A stretch of 64,000 nucleotides of DNA, taken from contig NC_043002.1 of the NCBI RefSeq assembly GCF_006345805.1, positions 29,140,001-29,204,000 of the forward strand, read 5' to 3'. The translations under genes and the position numbers were made by a program. The stretch comes from Octopus sinensis. Lineage: Eukaryota. Within the stretch, counting starts at the first letter, position 1, and each line of letters begins with the position of its first letter. The notes under the pieces are model-generated. The model did no database searches, had not been told where the DNA came from, and saw only the letters and a list, made by a program, of their open reading frames with translations. Shown here in pieces: positions 13,172 through 27,242 of the stretch.

Positions 13172-13657
13172 TGCGCATGATGTGCGTGCGAAGTTTTATA
13201 GATTATGTTTACATCGGATACACTTAATTATATTGGTGTTATACAAGTATATTTTTTATTGTGCATATAATAATGCACAGTAATATATACACATATGTGT
13301 GTATGCATATACATTTTTTTATAAACATATATAGGCATATGTATAAATATATACACACACGCACATACACATGTATATGTGTATATATATACACCACCGC
13401 ATATATATATGTATATGTGTATATACACACACACACACCCACACACCACATATATATATATATACATCTCGCTCTCTCTCTCTCTACTATATATATGATA
13501 TATATATATATATATTATATATATACATATACATGTATATGTATATGCATATCCCTCTTCCTCTCTATCTCTGCATATATATATATATTATATATATATA
13601 TTATATTATATATATATATATATATAGATACACATATGCCTCTATTTCCCTCTATCA

Positions 13658-13698
<41 letters not shown>

Positions 13699-13910
13699 CA
13701 TATACATACACACACATGCACGTAATACACATAAACACACAATCAAACGCGCGTGCACCTTCAAGCATACACATGAATACGCACACACACACAGCTAAGT
13801 TCTCTTGCATGTAGTTTTGAATGAATACGTGCGTGCATACATACACACACGCGCACATATATATGCATACATACATACATGCAAGCTTCCATACATACAT
13901 GCATGCATTT

Positions 13911-13945
<35 letters not shown>

Positions 13946-13967
13946 CATACATACATACATACATACA

Positions 13968-13999
<32 letters not shown>

Positions 14000-14639
14000 A
14001 ACACACATGCACACATAGACACAGAAAATGAGTAAATACACAGTGGATTTTCGTTTCCGTTGCATCTGAATGCGTGAATGTGTGTGTGTGTGTTTGTGTG
14101 TGTCTGCGAGTGGGTGTGCGTGCGTATATGCATAAGTGTGTATGTCTGTGTACTTTTGTTCGTATGTGTTTCGATGTGTGTAAATGTACTGCACACGTCT
14201 TGATATCACAATTTTGATAACTACAGATGCATAAAGATCTTTGATCTATACAGTTATATTTTCATAGAATTTTATAGTTTGTGTCCAGCTCAGATGTGGT
14301 CCTCAATAATGAAAAAATGATCAACCACAAACGACAAAATATAATAATATATATACAAAATCCCCTATAAAATCGCAACAACAAACAGCAGCAAAAGTAC
14401 CACCTATACCACCACCAACAGCAGTATCGAACTAACGTAGAAGAATCTACGCGGTCGCTTGGCCTGCTAGAAATAGCATCCAATGTACCGCTAACCACAT
14501 CCTACAGACTTTTAGTAAGTAAGCAAAGCTTTTGTATACAATGTCGTTAATAATTTCGCATGTAAGGTTATAGACCACATATCCAACAGACGCTGACCAG
14601 TAGAAAAGTTGTCTAGATACAAATGTGTAGACACTAGGC

Positions 14640-14990
14640 AATTTACATTATCAAGTTAATGTAATATTGGATAATGTTTTATAAACTGGAAAGCTACATC
14701 AATTTGATATTGCAATGGATTGTGGTTTTGAAAAACGCACTTTGAATTGAATCTCATCGAAACAGGCTGTCCATAGTAATAGACACCTAAAATATAATCA
14801 TTCTGAGCATGGAAGAATTATATACAAAGATCTATTGAAATACATAGGAATCAATGAAAGAAACACGATTTGGTATACGACAAAGGAATACTGGTGAAAA
14901 AACATTCCATCCAATGGTGCAAAATATAACTAAAATATCGGAATGTACTCAAAGATTACGCCAGCCAAATAATGCATATTAGTCTAGGCA
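14640..14990 (+). mobile_element. Highly decayed non-LTR retrotransposon RT fragment
   Basis: Translates in pieces as DIAMDCGFEKRT…YKDLLKYIGINE, reminiscent of the DIxMEFGLDKC…YKYLG region; many stops. Confidence 0.4.
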
Positions 14991-15609
14991 TTAATCAACA
15001 GTTCCAATATCATACGAGTTGGATAGATGCTCGTTTTCTTGCTTTTTTTTTTCTACTGATATATACCCTAAAATTAACTTATAAAATTTAGATTTCTCCA
15101 ATAAAAATTGACGTTACCTATTTACATATGCTACTACGTAGAATGGTTTCATGAATGAATGATATCTGTCAAAGTTTGCCACGACTGAGATAAATATCTA
15201 TATTTTTTAAACATCTTTTAACTGATAATGTATGAGAAATGCTAAGCGCTAACCTATATAGTTTCCTTCGCTCTCTCTCGCTCGCTCGCTCGCTCAACAC
15301 ACATACTTACACATAGAGGTATATATAAATATATATATATATGTATATATGTTTATATGTGTGTGTGAGGCAGGTGTTTGTGTGTATACGGACGTACACG
15401 AAGCAACGATATGAAATTGAGGCAATATAGTTTAGAATACAAACCATATTAGATTTGCTCCATAGGGAAGGAATAAGGTTAACAAAAATATAATTCCGGA
15501 CGAAAGAAAATAAAATAGATATTCAGTATGTCAAATTCTTTAAAATCATAAAAACAGGAGAGACTTAACAAAAAGACGGTCATTGAAATCGACAATAAAA
15601 TAAAATATT

Positions 15610-15830
15610 GGTTTCAAGTTTTGGCACAAGGCCATCTATTTGGAGGGATGGGGCACGTTGACTACTTCGACAGCAGTACTCAACTCAACTTGTAGTTACT
15701 TTATCGACCTGGGAGGGATGAATAGTAAAGTCGACATAGGCCAATTTTGTATTCAGAATGTAAAGACTTGGTGAAATGCTGCTAAGCATTCTGTCCGGGT
15801 TGCAAACGATTCTGTCAGCTCGCAACCTTA
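15610..15830 (-). mobile_element. Degenerate SINE (V/Meta-like domain family)
   Basis: ttatcgacctgggagggatgaatagtaaagtcgac…gaaatgctgctaagcatt…gcaaacgattctgtcagctcgc. Confidence 0.7.
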
Positions 15831-16860
15831 ATAAGGTGAAATATTACAATGAAAAGGAGAGGACTGAAAAAGAAATCGAATCCAGTGCTATTGAAATGAA
15901 CCAACTCAAACACTTTGTGTTTATTTACAAAATAATTAAGTACATTTCATAAAAAAATAACGAGGTATTGCTACAGGGAAACAGTCGATTGCAAAGTCGC
16001 TTACTAAAGCACAACTGAAATACTGACTGAACAAATAAGTAAATAAATCATTTGTCGGTGAAACACAAAACGATTATTGCGATAATTAATGCCTTATATA
16101 ATTTAGCTTCAAGACTCATAGGACACAAAAGTGCTGGAAAGTAACCTTTTTTTTCTGTGAAATTAAATGCATTAATCTTACAAGCAAGAATGTTTATGTT
16201 TGAAATATAAATACAAATATGAATATGAATATATAAGCATTGAAAATCATGTAAATAAAACATTGCCGTGTATCATTCAGCAAGTAATCTATAAATAGTT
16301 GCTTTCCGCATTGTTCTGACCCGGGCCATTCTTACCCAATATATTACAATCTTCTACTATTGTTAGATTCACTTGGAGATATGTATTTACATATTTTTTC
16401 GATGTTCCTAAATTTATATTCTAAATGGAAACAAATGCAGAAATAATTTGCTCTCTTGTTGAGCGCAAATAATATTAAGTAATATTCATGATGATAGTAA
16501 ATACATCAACCAGATGAGTTCGTCAAGATTACAGCGCGTATAGAGGGAAGCGACTAATAACAATTACGTCGATATAAAGGAAGAAAATATCAGTCATAGA
16601 TAAAAGAGATCCTATATTCTGGAACAGGAAATAAAAAATTCCAGATCATTGTGTTGAGCAAATCCAAGGCGTAAGCAAAACCTTTCCAGATACTTTATAA
16701 AAGCATCATCACAGCATGGAATCTACCACAAAGTTTGTAAAAGATGTACGAGTCAATCCATAAGAGAGGTGGCAGTAAGGAGGATGCAAAATAATATTCT
16801 CTCTCCCTCACTCTCTCCACTTCCCGTTGTCTCCATTTGTTTCTCTGTCTCTGATTACAG

Positions 16861-16997
16861 GTGTCAAGGAAATCATAGAACGAATTCGTAGTGATTGGCT
16901 AAGTGACCCTCAGCACAGTTTCCACTCAGTTAGAGGCATTCGTCTGAGGCATTGTCTATCCAGATTAGGACGTGGTATTGCGGTAGCTAAAAGATAA
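16861..16997 (+). CDS. Candidate coding exon, GVKEIIERIRSDWLSDPQHSFHSVRGIRLRHCLSRLGR(GIAVAKR*)
   Basis: About 55-nt polypyrimidine tract ending TACAG|; only the phase-1 frame is open; either ends at donor cgtg|gtattg (16974) or runs to TAA at 16995-16997. Confidence 0.5.
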
Positions 16998-17191
16998 TAC
17001 AACCACAATCACTCAATATCCTGAAAAGAAAATTTATAAATGTAGGATAGACAGATGTACTTATATTTAAGCAATAGCTGAACATTGAACGAATATTCTA
17101 GGTAGGCCTACAGCAGGCAAAAATAAAAAGAAGGGGAAAACAACACTAATAAGTAGAGTAGTGGACTTTATTAAGGTTTTAGTCCACATCT

Positions 17192-17542
17192 GTGAAGGCG
17201 CATGGCTCAGTGGTTAGAGCGTAGAGCCTACGATCGTGAGGTTGTGAGTTCGATTCCCGGACCGGGCTGTGTGTTGTGTTCTTGAGCAGGACAGTTTATT
17301 TCACGTTGCCCCTGTTAACTCAGCTGTAGAAATGAGTTGCGACATCACTGGTGCCAAGCTGTACCGGCCTTTGCTTTTTCCTTGGATAACATCAGTGTTG
17401 TGGAGAGCGGAGGCTGATATGCATGGGCGACTGTTTGTCTTCCAAAAACAATCTTCCCCTGACTTGTGTCTCGGAGGGTAACCTTCTAGGTGCAGTCCCA
17501 TGGTCATTCATGACCAAAGGGGGTCTCCTCTCCCTCCTCTTC
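17192..17542 (+). mobile_element. Complete tRNA-derived SINE with LINE-like tail and 11-bp TSD
   Basis: Head ggcgcatggctcagtggttagagcg…gagttcgattcc; direct repeat agtccacatct at 17181-17191 and 17543-17553; same family as 51530-51853. Confidence 0.9.
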
Positions 17543-17838
17543 AGTCCACATCTAAACCAACAACAGTAAAAGAGTTACAGCAACATTCATACGGTAACAT
17601 GTTATCACACAATGATTTGGTTGGAAGTAGTAAAGACATAATAAAAAAATAAAATGGATACACACACAAACATACATACGCTCACGCACACACGCACGCG
17701 TGCACACACACGCATATATACATTTATATATATTCATATATACATGCATATGTATACACACACACACATATATATATATGCACTTATACAATTGTGTATG
17801 TAAAAGTATATACATCTTCATCATATATAATATATATG

Positions 17839-17887
<49 letters not shown>

Positions 17888-18130
17888 ATATATACTCATC
17901 ATATATGTATCTACTTATATACATACGTATATATATTTGATATTTATGTGGAAGCGTCAGTATGATTACACTTTCTGGTCGATAATTAGCACCTAATAAT
18001 AACTAGATGTTAATTAACATTGTCATTTGACTTAACAAGCTGTATTCTAATTATTATAACATAAGACAACGAACATATTGATGTGTATCGTAAGTCATAA
18101 AGCAGATAAAAAATAACTATATAAATACAT

Positions 18131-18179
<49 letters not shown>

Positions 18180-18181
18180 AG

Positions 18182-18214
<33 letters not shown>

Positions 18215-18609
18215 TATATACATATATATATATATTCACATATATTTTTATATATATACATACATATATATGTGCATATACATATAAAGTACACATATAT
18301 ACTTACGTTTATGAACATATATATGTGTGTATATAGATGTTTTATATAAATATATACATATACAGATATACATATATATGTATATATATCTGTGTATATA
18401 TATATATATATATATATAGTATAAATATAAAGGAATCAATAATAATATCCACCATCACTGTCAACACAGTCTCTACCAACATCACCACCAACACCCCACA
18501 CCACCATTATCATGAACGACATATGATTATGAGCAAAAACAACACCACTCGATTGTAGCAGAACAGCAGCAATTGTTACAAACAAAAGCAGTAATAACAA
18601 AATTAAGAA

Positions 18610-18648
18610 CGCTATGACGACTACTGATGATGACAAAAATAACATTCA

Positions 18649-18689
<41 letters not shown>

Positions 18690-19114
18690 TTAATAATAAT
18701 AATAATAATAATGAGAATAATAATAATAGCAATAATAATAACAACAACAATAATAATACAAATAATAATAATAACAATAATAATGATAAGCTCTCCACAA
18801 ATACTAATAATAAAAAGACTATATAAAAATACTAATGATAATAATAATTACAAATATTGAAGTATTGTTGGTAATGATGATTATAAGGAAAGTTGGGTGA
18901 GTGAGTGATTGAACTAAAGAACAAAAAAAAATGTATTAGTATATTCCTTATTAAAATAAAGATAATGAAGGTGATAATGACAACTTGAATAATGAGAAGA
19001 AAGAAGAGAGCAACAACAAGAAGAGCAAGAACAGCAATAAAACTAGGAACAACACCGATATTAATGGCGAATTTGTGACAGGAAAAATAATAGCGACTAC
19101 AAAAAATAACATGG

Positions 19115-19171
<57 letters not shown>

Positions 19172-19430
19172 TTTGCTAATCTTTGCTTAATGATAATGAT
19201 AATAATAAGAAGAACAAGAAGAAGGAAGAAAGAAGAAGAAAAAAGAAGAAGAACAAGAACAAGAGCAAGAAGAAGAAGAAGAAGAAGAAGAAAAAGAAAA
19301 GACGAATATTAATGATGGTGATAATGATTGTGATGATGATGAGGATGATGATGATGGTGATGATAGTAATATAGATGATAATAATAATGATGTAGATGAT
19401 GATGATAAAATAATAGTAACAAAAATAATG

Positions 19431-19517
<87 letters not shown>

Positions 19518-19800
19518 GTGATAACAATAATGATGATGATGATACTACTGCTACTACAGATACTACTGATGATGATGATGATGATGATGATGATGACTAT
19601 GATGATGATGATAAGGATAATAATAATAACGATGAAGATGATGATAATAATGATAACAATAATAATGTTAATAATAAGATAACTGTAATGAGTATATGAA
19701 CAAAAGCAATAATAACATAGAGAAAGAAATAAAAAAAAACAGAACGAGAACAAGAACAGCAACAACAAGAACAAGAACAATAATAACGAGAGATGTAAGT
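18610..19800. repeat. Compound trinucleotide microsatellite mosaic (AAT, AAG, GAT, AAC)
   Basis: Direct reading; the poly-N/I/K/M ORFs here are repeat translations. Confidence 0.95.
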
Positions 19801-20355
19801 GTTTTTAATAATTAGTTGTTTCTTCTTCTAATTATATTTTCCACTTTTCTTATCGTTCTGATGGAAGAAACAAGAACAAAGAAAGTAAATTACGCATACG
19901 CATACATACATATATATATATATATATACATATATACATACATATGTATATATATGTGTGTGCATGCATATATGTATGTATATATCATTCTAGAATCACC
20001 AAACGCACAGTAGAAAGCATATATATGCATCAGTAAAACGTGTAAGTTTACATACATGCATATCTACATATATTATATATATATATATATATATATGTAT
20101 ATAGGTGTGTGTATGAGTATGTATATATATACATGAATATATATGTTTACTTATATTTTGTCGTATGTGCGTGTGTGTATATATATGTATGTATGATGTA
20201 TGTGTGTCTATATCTATATATATATTTATATATATATATATACATTATATGTATACATATTTTTTATGCTTGTATATGTATACATATATGTATATATGTA
20301 TATATATATATATATATTATATATATATATATATATTATATATATATATATGTAT

Positions 20356-20386
<31 letters not shown>

Positions 20387-21424
20387 GTACATATATATAT
20401 ATATGTATATATGTACGTTTGTATATATTGTAATTGAATCTGTAAAATATATATATTCCGAAAATGAACAGAGAAAAACTGAAATAAGAAAAAAAAAAGC
20501 GCAGCATACGCGAGCGATTGCACAAACACAGACACATACACACACGCGCGCACTTCTACGCACAAATACACAAACAAGTAATACATAAAACAAAACAAGA
20601 ACAACGACAACAACAGCCCACCAACAAACACATATACTTTTAAAAATAATAAACGAAATAACAGAAACAAGCAATGTAGAAATGAAGCAAACACACAATG
20701 CATAGCATAGCAAGCGTTTCCTAAAGTGTGCTGCATCCGTGTATTGCTTCTAATGTTTAAATCTCATATCTCCGTTACATCTTTGCGCACCTTTAATGAG
20801 CAGCACATTTTGTATTTATTAAGATGTTGCAAAAGTTAACCTTAATTTATCACAGCTGCTACCTAAGCTCGGTTGATCTTCAGAAATTCTCTTAATCAGC
20901 CAGAGATGGTGTGTCATGTACATGCTTTTGTTTCTGAATTTTGTCGTTGAGTACTTTAGTGTTTCATTTTTATTTTATTTTATTTTTCACCAATATTTTA
21001 AAAAATGTTCTTCTCTCTAGCTAACATATTCTCTCTCTCTTTTTACAAATGTATATATAATTACATATACTTAAACACACACACGCACAGAGGCGCATAC
21101 ATATATGTATATATTCATATATATATATATATATATATATGCTCACACATATTTAGATATACATGTACATAAGCACATATTTATGTATACATACAGACAC
21201 ATACCTACACATATGTGTGTCTGTGTGTGCACACATATATGTATGTATGTAAATATGTTCCTTTATGCATTTATGTACATGTATGAAGAGAAATGAACAT
21301 ATACATACATATGCGCACGCGCATTCACTTCTTTCATCTCTTATTATCGTGTGTCATTTGTTGTTCTGTTCACCTTGTACCTGTAATTTTTCTCCCAGTT
21401 GTTTTTAAAACTGTTAAGATATTG

Positions 21425-21429
21425 ATTTT

Positions 21430-21493
<64 letters not shown>

Positions 21494-21844
21494 CAACAAC
21501 AACAACAATAATAATGAGAATAATAATAATAACAATTATAATAATAATGATAATGATATTAATGATGATGATGATGATGACGACGACAACGAGCACGAGG
21601 ACGACAATTATGATGATGACGATGACGATAATGACGATGATGACGACGATGATGACAATGACGACGATGATGATGAAGATGACGATGATGATGACGACGA
21701 TGATGACAATGACGACGATGATGATGAAGATGACGATGATGATGATGATGATGATGTGTAAAAAATTAAGACGGAAAACATCTCAGATTATTGAAGCTAT
21801 CATTATATCTCTCTACCTATATTAATTAATTTCATTCATTTTTT

Positions 21845-21885
<41 letters not shown>

Positions 21886-22141
21886 TCTTCTTCTTTTTAC
21901 ACCTGCTCCATCATTTCCAATTCTCCGTGGTTTCCTTTTCCTCCTCTACTACTTTCCCTTTGACATTGAAATGATCTTTAAACCACCATCACCACCGAAA
22001 CCACTGCCACCGTCATCATCACCTTCTCTTTCATCACGAATTTCACTCCTCCTCCTCCTCCCCCTCGTCCTCCCCCACCACCACTCCCTCTTCTTCCCTA
22101 CTACTACTACTACTGCTGCTGCTTGCTACTACCACCACCAT

Positions 22142-22193
<52 letters not shown>

Positions 22194-22212
22194 GCTCTCA
22201 TTCTCTCTTCCG

Positions 22213-22246
<34 letters not shown>

Positions 22247-22603
22247 GTCGTCGTCATCATCATCGTTGTCGTCGCCGTTGTTGTCGTCGTCATCATCATC
22301 AATCATCATCATCATCATCATCATCAATCACCATATCATATCTACTTGGACCGATATTACTTCCCCATACATCACTATCAATTCTGCTATCACAAACACC
22401 CCCCCACACACACACACACCTGCCATGATCCACCCGTAATGCATAATCTTCAAACACCCGAATGACTTCCTCTACCCAGCTACCACCAGCAACGCTAAGA
22501 TTGGCAAATCCTACAACAATAAAACCACGGAATCCGCAACAACAACCATAACAAACCACTTTGGAAGCAACATCCTAACACTAACACCACCACCAATACA
22601 ACC

Positions 22604-22643
<40 letters not shown>

Positions 22644-23660
22644 TTACTACATTAGTTCTACCACTATTGCACCCGACCCTTACCACTCACACCACCACCA
22701 CAACGACAACAACAACAATAATAACAACAACAATGCTACAAACGTCACCATTTCAGCACAACACCACACTACCGATTCCAACAACTACAGCAACCGCCAT
22801 CACCACCACCATCATCATCATAATCATCATCACCATTCCAATGCCCCTCCTTTTCCCTCCTCCTCATCATCATTGCCATCATCATCAATATTTTACAGAC
22901 ACACATACGCACACATATATACACACACACACACGTATGTTCCACCCTTCCGCAATCACCCAGTGTTATACCACCACCACCACCACCACCACCACCACTA
23001 CTACTACTACTACTAATACTACTACTATCGACGCTTTTTTCCATTACCTTAAACACATACCCTACAAGTACGCATAATTTCCACTGATACCCGCACACTG
23101 AAATATCACCACTGTCACATCCAGCTTCACCCTCACCACCACACCAACCGTCACCACCGGTGCCACTCTCACAATCACTAACAAGACGCCCACTGCCACC
23201 AAAAGCGCCGCCACTCCATCAACAATACTACAAGTGTCACTCCCACCACCACCTCCATCATCGCCATCGCCACCATCACCATCACCACCATCATCATCAT
23301 CAGTCTGTGCTTTAATGTATTCCCTTTAATGTATTAAGATAACCCCATAACTGTTTATTCATCAGAGGATTGTGAAATTGTTGATCATCATCGTCCTCAT
23401 TATCATCATCGTTGTCGACATCATCCTCATCATCATCTTCTACTTCTTCCTTTTCTTTTTCTTCTCCTCCTTCTCCTCCTCCTCCTCCTACTCTCTGTGC
23501 TGCTACTTCCACTGTCGCATCTTCCATACCCATACAGCGGATTTCATAATGATGATGACGACAATAAAGATGGCGTCGATGATGATACTTATGGTGATTG
23601 TGATGATGGCTTGATTGTTAACATTGTTGTTGTTACTGCAGCTATTAATTCAGTTGTTAT
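21425..23660. repeat. Compound trinucleotide microsatellite mosaic (AAT/GAT/GAC, then TAC/CAT/CAC/CTC)
   Basis: Direct reading; strand polarity of the repeats switches at about 21.8 kb. Confidence 0.95.
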
Positions 23661-23879
23661 TGTTATTGTTTTTCTTCTTTCTTTATTACTACAATCGTTC
23701 TGTGTTTCTCATTTGTCGAAATACAAATCGCAACAGACAGATGTGGCAATGAATACAAATAAATATAACTTCGATGTGGTTTCTTCCTTTATCTTTACCT
23801 GTGGTAGAGTTTCTTCTCTTTTTTTTCTTATCTTTGAGTAAGAAGAAAATTGCTGTAGATGTAGCCCTTTATTACACAG

Positions 23880-24036
23880 CCTCCGAAACTGGTGAGAGTC
23901 AGAGAAGAAGGTACCCTCAAACCTGGAGACCTTGCATGGAAACTTGGAACAAACTGGGCTCTACTAAAGGCACCTATGTCGCCAGCTGGTGTGTTAAATC
24001 GGTCATCAATTATGTTTACCACTTTCATAGGCCTTG
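23880..24036 (+). CDS. Candidate internal coding exon (two frames open: ASETGESQRRRYPQTWRPCMETW…HFHRP or PPKLVRVREEGTLKPGD…FIGL)
   Basis: ccctttattacacag| acceptor, cttg|gtacga donor, elevated GC and complexity. The phase 1-to-2 reading links 16861-16974 with 33504-33609. Confidence 0.45.
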
Positions 24037-24932
24037 GTACGATTTGAAGTCAGAGCGCAAAATCGGAACAAACACCGCAAGGCATCGGGCTGCACGTTCT
24101 TACAGTTCAAACACCTAAGACTAGTATTCTCCTTCTATTGCTTGTTTTACTCCGAAGAGAAGAATAGCATAGCTGACCTCGGTGGAATTTGAACTTATTA
24201 AGCAGAGAGCCAGAAGAAATACTGCAAGGCATCCGGTTAAAGATCCTTAAAGTCCTGCCAAGGTACCGACTTGGATTGGTGTATCTCGTTTTTGTCTCCG
24301 AAAGAATAAAAAAATTATGGTTTCCAATGGGATCTGAGCTCAGCGGGACTTCATCACTGCCTGATTTGAGCTTAGGCCGATGTATTATATCCAACGCTCA
24401 AACGACTCTAGCTGTTCATCTATAAACAGTATTTTCATTAAACACAGACAGCTAAAACATTGGTAGAGTTTACATGAAGAAAGAATAGATAGTTAATATA
24501 TATACGACATACATATAGTTTCACCTTTTAGGACAAGGCTAGAAAGGTTGGAGGTGGGGTAAGTCGACCACATTGACCCCAGTGCTCAACTGGTTCTTAT
24601 TTTATCGACCTGAAAGGAAGCTTTTGGAATCAGCGCTGTAGTGATTTCCCGAATTTCAAGGAGCTTGTAAGATTGTCTTTCCTTGAAGTGGAGGGCATTA
24701 GGTCTTACTTTCAAATGATAGATTATGAATTCAGGAAGATTTTGCTGGATACTTCAAGAAGTTTAAGTGACTGACCAGAATCTTTAAACATTGGCTTGAC
24801 ATATGGGTAATCTGTGATTTGAAAGAGATTTCAATGTTATTTCTAGCATTTGGGGCGACCATGCAGTAGTTTCTTACCTTGGTTCGACTTACAATTCTTT
24901 GTTTAAAATATTGTCGAATGTGACAGACGAAT

Positions 24933-25100
24933 TAAGTCGATTATATCGATCCCAGTGCGTAACTGGTACTTATTTAATCGACCCCGGAAGGATGAAAGGC
25001 AAAGTCGACCTCGGCATCATTTGAACTCACAACGTAACGCAGACGAAATACCGCTAAGCATTTCGCCCGGCGTGCTAACGTTTCTGTCAGCTCGTCGCTC
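24933..25100 (-). mobile_element. tRNA-derived SINE (V/Meta-like domain family)
   Basis: actggtacttatttaatcgaccccggaaggatgaaaggcaaagtcgacctcggc…gaaataccgctaagcatttcgcccggcgtgctaacg. Confidence 0.85.
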
Positions 25101-25705
25101 TTGTGGCTAATGTTTCTAACAAGCCAAACAACTAAAGAACGTGTTCCCTTATTAAATTCATGCATCTTTATTACTTCAAAACGATAGCCTGCGATTAAAA
25201 CAAGGTCTGAATGTTGTTTCTAAACAGATCAATCGACCACAAAGGGTTACCGCGTAAGTCTTATACATCTTCATGTATTTAAAACAATAGTGTGTGATTA
25301 AAGCAAAGTTTGGCTGTTATTTCCAGCAGAATTTCTGTGCAAGGTCTAAATATTCCCCACGTTTGACTACGAATTCTTCCCTGCACTCTGTTATGAACGC
25401 ACATTTCTGGATGACTACATAAGAACGTCTGAATTTAGACGAATTAATGCAATAACGTTGTGTTGGTGGCGATTATTAGGTTTCGGGTTAGAAGGATAAG
25501 ATTCTTAATTAAATCTAAGACTTGTAAGGTAGGACATTAACTTACTGTGTCTATATTGTCTTTAATTAATGAACGTAATTTTTTAATGAAAGATCGTTTA
25601 CATTCTCAGAATCATCACAGAGATATAAATAAAAAAAAATATCTCGTTCCATTTCGAAGACCACCATCGCTGAATAACTTATAACAATAACAACACGAAT
25701 GTATG

Positions 25706-25783
<78 letters not shown>

Positions 25784-25836
25784 ATATATGTACATGTACG
25801 TTTATCTTTCTATATCTATGTGTGTATGTGTTTGTG

Positions 25837-25882
<46 letters not shown>

Positions 25883-27242
25883 TATTATTTACACACATAC
25901 ATACACACGCACATACACGCACACAAATATATTGTATACATACCTATATATATATATGTGTGTGTATGTGTGTGTGTACGTATGTGTGTGTGTGCATATG
26001 TATGTCTAAGTATCAAAGAAGACCTTTTCAACTATAATTAAAAACAAAAGGAGTAACAACGAGAACAACATCAGCGACAACAACAACAGCAATAACATCT
26101 ACTAGAACATCTACAACAACAACAACAAAAACAACAACAACAAAAACAACAACAACAACCAACAACAACAAGCAACAACAAGCAACAGTAGCAGCAGAGA
26201 CGGCAACAGGAACAGCAATTTGACCCCAACAACAATTTCGGAAATGAAATGGCGTATAATTGGCAATTAATCTATAAACACTGACTACATCTGTTTTGTA
26301 TGGTTGTATGTATGGGTGTGTATGTGTGTATATGTGTGTGCATGTATGTGTATGTGTTTGTATGTGATGTGTGTGTACGTGAGTGTATGAATCTTTGTGC
26401 TGGTGTATCTGTGTATGTATAAGCGCATGCGTTTCTCTGTGTATTGATGTATATGTGTATATGTGTATATGCATATACGTGTGTATATGCATATACGTGT
26501 GTATATGCGTACTTGTATGTTTGAGTATGTGTATATATATATATATATGTGTGTGTATTTGAGTATGTCTGTCAGTGTCTGTTCTTTTGCGTATATGTGT
26601 GTGTATGTAGCTACGTGTGTATCTATTTCTAATTTAGGTGTTTGTGTCAATGAATTTTCCTTTGGCTTTTCTTGCTGCGTGAATTGATGTCGATCAGGAA
26701 GATAGTGACGAAGATACGAGGAGGATAGAGAAATGGAAAGAGAATATGGAGGATACTGATGACAATGACGAACGAGTTGGAGATAACGACAACGACGACG
26801 ACAATGACGACAACGACGACGATGATAATGTTGACATTGGTCAACAAGTATTATTTTCAGCGGTTATGAAATTCATCTATTTTGAATGCGTTCTGGAAGA
26901 TGATTCCAAACTAACGTCTTCTAGTTTTAAAAATAAAACCGTTCCTATTTCTCCTCACTTTATGGTGTATTAATTGACACTGTGGTGTATTAATTAACAT
27001 TCCGAACGAAATATATTTATTGCTTGAACCAAAACAAACTATAAGCACGTTATAAATTTATATATAAATAATACTAACCAAATTTTTATTCAAGAAAATG
27101 TCATCGAAGAATATACTTTATATTAATTTTTTAGATGTCGTGAATAAAAAAGAAAAAAAAAAGAAAACGGTCTGAATTTCTCGCTATAGCATCCAACTGT
27201 CTTCCGTCATCCTCTACACTCTTGTAATATGCTTGCATTGTC

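Noticed and set aside
14278-14518. Exon with gtaagt donor and a P/Q/T-rich frame
   Set aside because: Needs an assumed frameshift, is low complexity, and its 3' part is a copy of the short dispersed repeat.
26862-26973. Exon AVMKFIYFECVLEDD…
   Set aside because: The acceptor is plausible but the donor is poor, and it fits only the less consistent frame of 23880-24036.
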